From Candidatus Electrothrix yaqonensis (GTDB lineage: Bacteria > Desulfobacterota > Desulfobulbia > Desulfobulbales > Desulfobulbaceae): 32,000 bases of DNA. The stretch is from contig CP178758.1 in the NCBI GenBank assembly GCA_047651235.1, forward strand, positions 2,040,001 through 2,072,000, in the 5' to 3' direction. Shown one piece after another: positions 6,949 through 12,828 of this stretch. A program made the position numbers and the translations under genes. Below the pieces are notes generated by a model that was not told the origin of the DNA, ran no database searches, and saw only the letters and a list, made by a program, of their open reading frames with translations. Within the stretch, counting starts at the first letter, position 1. Every line of letters begins with the position of its first letter.

Positions 6949-8271
6949 CTAGTAAATACTATCTACACTTATATCCACATCACGTTGCACACTCTCTAAT
7001 AAATTGTGCTTCGCAAAACATCGATGTGTATTTTTTTTATCTTTTTTTGTTTCCAAATAAAGTAAACATCCACCCATACAAAGAGGTAATTCCTTGCAAC
7101 TAATACATTCATTATCTTTAAATGGACTCCAATTATCCCAACTTGCCTGTGATCCAGTTTTATTTACAATAATTTCACCATGATCTGATAGCTCTCCATA
7201 TCTTTCATCCTTAACACCAAGATATTTTGTACAGCGATGAATATGTCCAAATGGATCAATCATAAAAGAATTTTTTTGATACCCCATACAAAACGAAGTA
7301 CAGGGTAATGCATAACCACGAGCTACTGTAAATCCTAAAGAATCTGACAACCGTCCTAAATCTTTCTCTAAATTCCAATAATCATCTGGTAATGTTGTTA
7401 ATGGTTCCATTTTATATATATCGTCAGGGGGTAATGCTTCACGAAAATTTAAAACTATATTATTTCTCAATGGATATAAATACTTTTCAAGTAACGTAGG
7501 GATACTATGCCGATTATGTTCATCAATATTAATTCTCACTATAACCCTTTCAAACAACTCACAATTTTTTTCTATATTATTTAAAATACGACTAAAACTA
7601 GGAAAACCACCTGTCCTAAATCGTCTTTCATCATGAATTTCTGGAGGGCCATCAATTGTTATTTGTATTTCATCTACATGATAACGTCTTAACATTTCAG
7701 CAGTACCACGCGATAATAAATATCCGTTTGTAGCTATACGAGCACTATATTTAACATTCTCAATATCACATTGTGTGATAAAAAAATTACTAAATTTTTC
7801 AATAAGTCGTGTTTGAAGAAGTGGCTCTCCTCCAAACCATGCTACACGAAACCGCTTTTTCCCAATAATATTCCGTGAAACGAACTTGTTGATTGAACTA
7901 CATAACTCATTAGAGATATGAACATCAATGTGTTTTTCATAACAATAAACACATCGAAAATTACATGCCAAAGTTAAAGCAATCCCTAATCCAAAAGCAT
8001 CACTACCAAGTCTAGCTGTCTGATGTATCTGCTCAACCCAACCTTTTTCATCAAACTCGTTCTCTACAATAAATCCATTTTTCTTAAGCAATTGTATTGA
8101 AGAATCACCTACATCAAATACAAATTGCTCTCCACCTTTTATTAATAAGTCACCCAATTGCTGTAACGGAGGTTTACTAATATTAAGTACACTTGTAGTA
8201 CGAGTATTAATTAAAAACTGCTCTCCAGAGGAAGAAGTCTTTACTGTATTAAATATAGAATTTTTTACCAT
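6949..8271 (-). CDS. Radical SAM enzyme with a C-terminal SPASM domain (peptide-maturase type)
   Basis: CNFRCVYCYE (CxxxCxxC) at about residue 103, GGEPLL, and C-terminal Cys clusters (CTSFC..., HRCTKY, ECISCKELPLCMGGC) typical of SPASM. The ~90-aa N-terminal extension resembles peptide-recognition regions of sactisynthase-like enzymes. The gene is very AT-rich. Confidence 0.85.
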   Translation of the reverse strand: MVKNSIFNTVKTSSSGEQFLINTRTTSVLNISKPPLQQLGDLLIKGGEQFVFDVGDSSIQLLKKNGFIVENEFDEKGWVEQIHQTARLGSDAFGLGIALTLACNFRCVYCYEKHIDVHISNELCSSINKFVSRNIIGKKRFRVAWFGGEPLLQTRLIEKFSNFFITQCDIENVKYSARIATNGYLLSRGTAEMLRRYHVDEIQITIDGPPEIHDERRFRTGGFPSFSRILNNIEKNCELFERVIVRINIDEHNRHSIPTLLEKYLYPLRNNIVLNFREALPPDDIYKMEPLTTLPDDYWNLEKDLGRLSDSLGFTVARGYALPCTSFCMGYQKNSFMIDPFGHIHRCTKYLGVKDERYGELSDHGEIIVNKTGSQASWDNWSPFKDNECISCKELPLCMGGCLLYLETKKDKKNTHRCFAKHNLLESVQRDVDISVDSIY

Positions 8272-8365
8272 TTGATATTGTTTATTTTTAGTTAGACGGT
8301 ATCGCTTTTAGACAAATTCAACTAGTCAATTTTGTATATAATTTAAAAAAACAAAAAAAACCTAA

Positions 8366-9040
8366 TCAATTTATCCCCCGAACCACAATCCCCTCCCCAA
8401 GCAGCTGCCCCCAAACCGTATCCCCGGCCCGGGCCGCATACCACTTCCCGTTATCCATAAAATAACAAGGTTGCTCGGTCACCCCCCACCCCTTCAGCTT
8501 CACAGCCTCCCAACGCTCCTCAGTGGGCTGCAACCGGGCCCGGATAAAACGCCCATGCCCCGGCAGATGAATAATCCTGTCCGACCCCTCCGCCTGCAGG
8601 GCCAACCCGCTTTCTCCCTCGGTCCCGATGATCAGCCAGCGGCCTTTCTCAATCTTTCCGTTATTCCAACGTAATGTACCTTCAACAAAGCATTTCTGCA
8701 AACCCTTTAACTTATATTCCTCCAACATAATCTGAGGAGAACCGGTCAGATAGCCCAGCATGGCGGATAATCCGCCCATAGAGCCCACCTGACTGCCAGC
8801 CCAGGCCAGGGCACCGAAAATCAATAAAACGCTGAACTCGGCCCCGCTCCCGGTCTTCAGCCGCCATGATCGCTTGAAAAAGACAAAGAGCTTATTGGTC
8901 CAGGGCGACATGGCCCGCACCCCGCTGACCGTGGCGCAGTCAGCCACCACATGGAGCAGGGCACCGACCCCGATAAAAAAGTCGTAAATTAGGGACAAAC
9001 CACGTTTTCCACTAACAACGTAAGAGTCAAAAAAACACAA
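8366..9040 (-). CDS. YdjM/DUF457-like membrane-bound metal-dependent hydrolase, N-terminally truncated, with an unknown ~110-aa C-terminal domain
   Basis: LLHVVADCATVSGVRAMSPW matches the second His/Asp motif of the YdjM family (SH...D..T..G...L.P). There is no ATG start: the ORF opens with TTG, and a stop lies 14 codons upstream. A possible promoter TTGACA-17-ATATTG lies at ~9085-9113 on the minus strand. Confidence 0.45.
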   Translation of the reverse strand: MCFFDSYVVSGKRGLSLIYDFFIGVGALLHVVADCATVSGVRAMSPWTNKLFVFFKRSWRLKTGSGAEFSVLLIFGALAWAGSQVGSMGGLSAMLGYLTGSPQIMLEEYKLKGLQKCFVEGTLRWNNGKIEKGRWLIIGTEGESGLALQAEGSDRIIHLPGHGRFIRARLQPTEERWEAVKLKGWGVTEQPCYFMDNGKWYAARAGDTVWGQLLGEGIVVRGIN

Positions 9041-9348
9041 ACACGAAAAACCAATTAACGAGCCCCGTATTCCGTGCTGCTATGATCCGAACAATATGAC
9101 AATTATGATTTTTTTGTCAAGAATAACTTTCTGATAGACTGCTGTCTTAAAAGGCCAAATCCCCTTGCGCCTCAAGGAAATTTATCAGATCAGCTCGCTC
9201 AAACACCTTGCAGAAAAAAATTACATCTCCCTTTTCATCTCGTCAGCACCCCAACCTCCCGTGCCACAGCCCCGAGCTTCTCGTTCAGGATAAAACCACA
9301 AACTACACCTCCTCGCTCCCCGACACATTCCCTGCCCAAAAGCACCGG

Positions 9349-9377
9349 TTGTACTTCCGGGAAAATAGGAATATACT
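9349..9377 (+). promoter_or_regulatory. Sigma70-like promoter (TTGTAC-17 nt-TATACT) upstream of the Rpn-family gene
   Basis: ttgtac ttccgggaaaataggaa tatact, ending 80 nt upstream of the ATG at 9457. It is part of the module shared with 6024-6056. Confidence 0.4.
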
Positions 9378-9456
9378 GCTGACATTGATCATGAAGAAAG
9401 AGCGCGTTATGCTCAACGGCACTGGAATACTCGGCAACCTGTAAAAAACATACATA

Positions 9457-10380
9457 ATGGCCAGCAAAGAACGCTATATCAACCTGTTCACTGATTACGG
9501 ATTTAAGAAGATCTTCGGTGAAGAACCGAATAAGAACCTGCTCCTGGATTTTCTCAACGAGCTGCTGAAAGAGGAACAGGGAGAGATCCGGGATTTGACC
9601 TATCTGAAGACCGAACAGCTCGGTGACACCGATATCGACCGCAAGGCGATCTTCGATCTCTACTGCGAGAATGAACGAGGTGAGAAGTTCATTGTCGAAC
9701 TCCAGAAGAGCAAACAGAATTTTTTCAAGGACCGAGCACTCTACTACTCCACCTTTCCCATCCGCGAACAGGCTGAACGAGGGGACTGGAATTTTAAACT
9801 TAAGGCCGTGTATACGGTGGCTATCCTGGACTTTGTCTTTGACGAGGATAAGAACCAACCGGAAAAGTACCGCTATGATGTTAAGCTGTCTGATATCGAA
9901 ACTAACCGGGTGTTTTATGATAAACTGACCTTCATCTATCTGGAAATGCCCAAATTCAGCAAGAACCTGGATGAGCTGAAGACTCGTTTCGATAAATGGC
10001 TGTACGTTATCAGGAATCTGAACCGGCTGGAACGAATACCGGACATGCTACGGGAACAGGTGTTTGAGCAGCTCTTTGATACTGCGGAGATTGCACGCTT
10101 TACCCCGGACCAAGTGCGTTCTTATGAGAAGAGTCTGAAATATTATCGGGACATGAAAAACTCCCTTGATACAGCCTTTGATGAGGGGAGAGTAGAAGGA
10201 AAAGAAGAAGGGAGAGTAGAAGGAAAAGAAGAAGGGAGAGTAGAAGGTAAGAATGAAAGAGATAGAGAAATAGTCCTCAACGGACTTCAGCAAGGATTTG
10301 ATATCAAAATGATTGCTCAGTTGACGGGCCTGTCAGAAGAAGAGATTAAGGAGATTGGACAAGAGCGCTCGGACGACTAA
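9457..10380 (+). CDS. Rpn-family recombination-promoting nuclease / PD-(D/E)XK putative transposase
   Basis: The N-terminus YINLFTDYGFKKIFGEEPNKNLLLDFLNELL and the ...DLYCENERGEKFIVELQ core are characteristic of this family (TIGR01784-type). The C-terminus carries EGRVEGKE repeats. Confidence 0.85.
   Translation: MASKERYINLFTDYGFKKIFGEEPNKNLLLDFLNELLKEEQGEIRDLTYLKTEQLGDTDIDRKAIFDLYCENERGEKFIVELQKSKQNFFKDRALYYSTFPIREQAERGDWNFKLKAVYTVAILDFVFDEDKNQPEKYRYDVKLSDIETNRVFYDKLTFIYLEMPKFSKNLDELKTRFDKWLYVIRNLNRLERIPDMLREQVFEQLFDTAEIARFTPDQVRSYEKSLKYYRDMKNSLDTAFDEGRVEGKEEGRVEGKEEGRVEGKNERDREIVLNGLQQGFDIKMIAQLTGLSEEEIKEIGQERSDD
10186..10257 (+). repeat. 24-bp tandem repeat x3 inside the Rpn-family gene
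   Basis: gggagagtagaaggaaaagaagaa occurs twice perfectly, plus a third unit with 3 mismatches. It encodes (G)RVEGKEE repeats in frame. Confidence 0.9.
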
Positions 10381-10403
10381 CAAGAAGAAAGAGTCGTTTA
10401 TCC

Positions 10404-10440
10404 GGTAAAAAGGGTCAGAGTAAAATTAGATTTTACTCTG
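10404..10440 (+). repeat. GGGTCAGAGTAAAAT motif, left copy, itself a perfect hairpin
   Basis: GGTAAAAAGGGTCAGAGTAAAATTAGATTTTACTCTG. The stem is CAGAGTAAAAT/ATTTTACTCTG (10416-10426 / 10430-10440) with loop TAG. It lies 24 nt after the Rpn gene stop. Confidence 0.85.
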
Positions 10441-10488
10441 CAACTAATCAAATATTACGACTCGAATAATCCCCTTTTCCCCTACTCA

Positions 10489-11103
10489 TCAAGCCCCGCG
10501 CATAGTCACCCGATTTCTTCGCGCCCCCTGTTCAGCAAACCGTACTTTTCTGTACACCTCGGCCACCGGCAATTCGCACTCTATTGATTCGACAGGAAGT
10601 ACATCTTCTTCACCTTGATATATCGTATACACCCAGGACTTATCGGCCTGCCGGGCAAATCGTTCCATCTTAAAGCTATACTGAGAAACTAGGATATACT
10701 CAGTAAATGAAGGGAGCTCCTGATAATGGGAGAACTTGTCTCCCCGATCATAGGCCTCGGTGCTGCCGGAAAGGATTTCTATAAGAACGACGGGATTCAG
10801 CAGCACATCGTTATGTTCATCCTCATACTTCTCTTTTTCACAGACAACAACGATATCCGGGTAGGAATACTTTTTCCTCTTTTGGACCTTCACCTTCATG
10901 TCGCTGGCAAAGACGCTGCACGGCTTCTCCAACAGCTGATTGCCCAGCAGGCGGACGATATTTGTCGAGATCTGGTTATGTTCCCGGCTTGCCCCGGCCA
11001 TGGCAAAGACTTCTCCGGCAAAGTATTCATGCCGGATATCACCATCACGTTCCCCGGTAAGATATTCTTCAGGGCTGATATGATGCTGCTCCTGCGCCTG
11101 CAT
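10489..11103 (-). CDS. Uma2-family (DUF820) putative restriction-type endonuclease
   Basis: Typical Uma2 pattern: ISPEEYL..ER....RHEYF.GEVFAMAG.S..HN.I..N....L, then YPD..VVC and ...P.VLIEILS.ST...D...K...Y. SD AGGAGA lies 7 nt upstream of the ATG. Confidence 0.85.
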   Translation of the reverse strand: MQAQEQHHISPEEYLTGERDGDIRHEYFAGEVFAMAGASREHNQISTNIVRLLGNQLLEKPCSVFASDMKVKVQKRKKYSYPDIVVVCEKEKYEDEHNDVLLNPVVLIEILSGSTEAYDRGDKFSHYQELPSFTEYILVSQYSFKMERFARQADKSWVYTIYQGEEDVLPVESIECELPVAEVYRKVRFAEQGARRNRVTMRGA

Positions 11104-11109
11104 AAGTTC

Positions 11110-11390
11110 TTCTCCTTGATTATATCGTTCAACGTTGTCGCCATAGGAATGCAGCAGTTATCAAGATATATTTTCATCATGATCTCAGTATACAGTAATC
11201 ACTCCATACAGGCAAAGAAACAAATCCACGATCATCCGACCCTCCCCTCCTCAACCCAACAATACAACACCGGCACCACAAACACCGTCAGTAGAGCAAT
11301 AATCATCCCACCAAAAGAAGGAATAGCCATAGGCACCATAATATCCGAACCCCGACCGGTGGAAGTCAGGATCGGGACGAGGATGGCAAT
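11110..11390 (-). repeat. RND pump 3'-end copy 2 plus shared downstream flank (PIN start and antitoxin start remnants)
   Basis: 11233-11390 reads IAILVPILTSTGRGSDIMVPMAIPSFGGMIIALLTVFVVPVLYCWVEEGRVG* (TGA at 11233-11235). It is ~90% identical over ~145 nt to 15834-15980. 11147-11232 matches 5199-5279, and 11121-11142 matches 5019-5040. Confidence 0.85.
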
Positions 11391-11422
11391 CTCCGATATT
11401 GAGTAGATAACATGCTGTTCAA

Positions 11423-11836
11423 TCAGACGATTTCAATGTAGAATTGGGAAACGACCCTGAGTCCCAAGTGGGCAACCATAGGTTCAAAGTCCCTGTCATC
11501 ATGCAGCAAAGAGAGCGTGTTCATGATACAGAATGTCCCGATGATCATATCAACAGTCTTCCTAACGGTAACACCTTTTTTCCGTAACGTTCTGTAGTTC
11601 TCGGCAGCCGCGACAGCAACAGCATATCCTCCCAATTCTTTACAGGGAAGTATGCTCATAACTTCTTTTGCCTGTGCATAGTCGCTGTCTTTCCGAAATC
11701 CCTGCAGCACCTCTGTCAGAATCAGATCCCCGGTATACACCGGAACCTGTAGCAGCAGTTGATCCAGCATTTCCGTCTGCCATGTTGCCTGACCGTTAAA
11801 ATAGTTTACCCACACTGAGGAATCGACTAGAATCAT
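11423..11836 (-). CDS. vapC: VapC PIN-domain toxin
   Basis: MILVDSSVWVNYF..., with conserved acidic residues (D5, E in LTEV, D in VDMI, DDRDF). It overlaps the upstream vapB stop by 1 nt. Confidence 0.85.
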   Translation of the reverse strand: MILVDSSVWVNYFNGQATWQTEMLDQLLLQVPVYTGDLILTEVLQGFRKDSDYAQAKEVMSILPCKELGGYAVAVAAAENYRTLRKKGVTVRKTVDMIIGTFCIMNTLSLLHDDRDFEPMVAHLGLRVVSQFYIEIV

Positions 11837-12027
11837 CAGTCCAGCCTCATTTTCTCAAGATCGCCCTCCCAGTGCAGTTTGCCTTTTAGCTGCCGGACGG
11901 CTTCCTGTCTTTTGACCTGGATCAGCAACCTCAATGCCTGATCTATAACACCTTTTTTGGTCTTGATACAGCTTAACCGCATTGCTTCCGCCATCAGGTT
12001 GTCATCAACAACAATATTTGTTCTCAT
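11836..12027 (-). CDS. vapB: VapB antitoxin
   Basis: MRTNIVVDDNLMAEAMRL...KKGVIDQALRLL is the classic VapB N-terminus. SD AAGAGG lies 5 nt upstream of the ATG at 12027. The ORF track extends to 12075, but that start lacks an SD. Confidence 0.8.
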   Translation of the reverse strand: MRTNIVVDDNLMAEAMRLSCIKTKKGVIDQALRLLIQVKRQEAVRQLKGKLHWEGDLEKMRLD

Positions 12028-12165
12028 TGTGACCTCTTTAAAATTGATGTGTATTATTTTTTGTTTTATACACATTGGAAGCCGCTGTCAATGAGGCTTT
12101 GTACGCTGGATCGATTCTCTTGTTCTTGATAGTTGGGGATTATCTTTTTCTTGTGAGGAGAAATT

Positions 12166-12510
12166 ATGAAACCGGTTCCGCAATGGGAGAACAGTTCTCC
12201 GCACGCCCGGCATTTCCTGCATCAGGTGCGGGAGGAAGTGCATCGTCTGCTGCCTGATGCGAAAGTAATTCTGCACGGTCCCCGTGTCCGCAAGGAAGCC
12301 CGGCAGGATTCTGACTGGGATTTTTTGATCATTGCTGATTATCCGTTGGACAGAGAGATTATAACAAAGCTGAAGGATGGGCTGTATGATATTGAACTGG
12401 AAAATGATGAGGTGGTGAGCAGTATTATACAGAGCAGGCAGGAGTGGTCTTCGCCTGCATACGATGCCTTGCCGTTCAAAAAGGCGGTGGAGAGAGGGAT
12501 AGAATTGTGA
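12166..12510 (+). CDS. Small nucleotidyltransferase (MNT-like), no adjacent HEPN partner
   Basis: SD GAGGAG precedes the ATG. It reads ...VILHGPRVRKEARQDSDWDFLII (a variant of GSRARG...SDxD). It is the intact paralog of the remnant at 100-362. Confidence 0.7.
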   Translation: MKPVPQWENSSPHARHFLHQVREEVHRLLPDAKVILHGPRVRKEARQDSDWDFLIIADYPLDREIITKLKDGLYDIELENDEVVSSIIQSRQEWSSPAYDALPFKKAVERGIEL

Positions 12511-12520
12511 ATTACAGATT

Positions 12521-12544
12521 TAATTTTACTCTGACCCCTTTTAC
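12521..12544 (-). repeat. GGGGTCAGAGTAAAAT motif, right copy, inverted relative to 10405-10428
   Basis: The reverse complement GTAAAAGGGGTCAGAGTAAAATTA matches GTAAAAAGGGTCAGAGTAAAATTA at 23 of 24 positions. Confidence 0.85.
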
Positions 12545-12828
12545 TTATAATAAAAAAACAAAAGTTAAAAATATGTGGTGCCAAGAATGATTTTCCAAAA
12601 AGCCTAAAGTATTGATTTTAGGGGGATTGTTACCTCGGTGTCGCAAAGTTGGGTTATGCAATTAAAAGTATAATGTACATGAACGCACTGAAAGCATCAT
12701 TTTTAAAAATGAAACAATTACAAGATGCTGCCTTCTCTGCGTAACATGAGATACTATCTTATGGATGATTGCCGTAAAAGTCAAACTCTGGACAGTCTCC
12801 CCGGCAAAGCCGAGGAGGAGGGGATATT

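Noticed and set aside
6085-8450. Apparent similarity between the G-rich plus strand at ~6085-6180 (…GGGGATTTGGTATTTGTCGGGGATAATTGA) and the 3' end of the YdjM-like gene read on the minus strand (8366-8450, …GGGGATTGTGGTTCGGGGGATAAATTGA). This would suggest inverted repeats around the rSAM segment.
   Set aside because: The alignment needs several indels and the sequences are low-complexity G-runs. I cannot distinguish homology from compositional similarity by eye.
9235-9858. 207-aa minus-strand ORF.
   Set aside because: It is antisense to the well-supported Rpn-family gene and extends into the C-rich tract. It has no recognisable motifs.
10186-10257. The 24-bp x3 tandem repeat, considered as a mini CRISPR array or a non-coding VNTR.
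   Set aside because: There are no spacers. The units are contiguous and in frame within the Rpn-family gene, where they encode EGRVEGKE repeats.
10726-11406. A 226-aa ORF here and the 262-aa ORF at 15331..16119 share ...SSTQQYNTGTTNTVS.AIIIPPKEGIAIGTIISEPRPVEVRIG..., which looks like a conserved protein family. A similar string also occurs in the ORF at 5176..5361.
   Set aside because: The shared peptide is simply the antisense translation of the repeated RND 3'-end sequence. The sense-strand reading (…PSFGGMIIAMLTVFVVPVLYCWVEE…) is the real coding frame.
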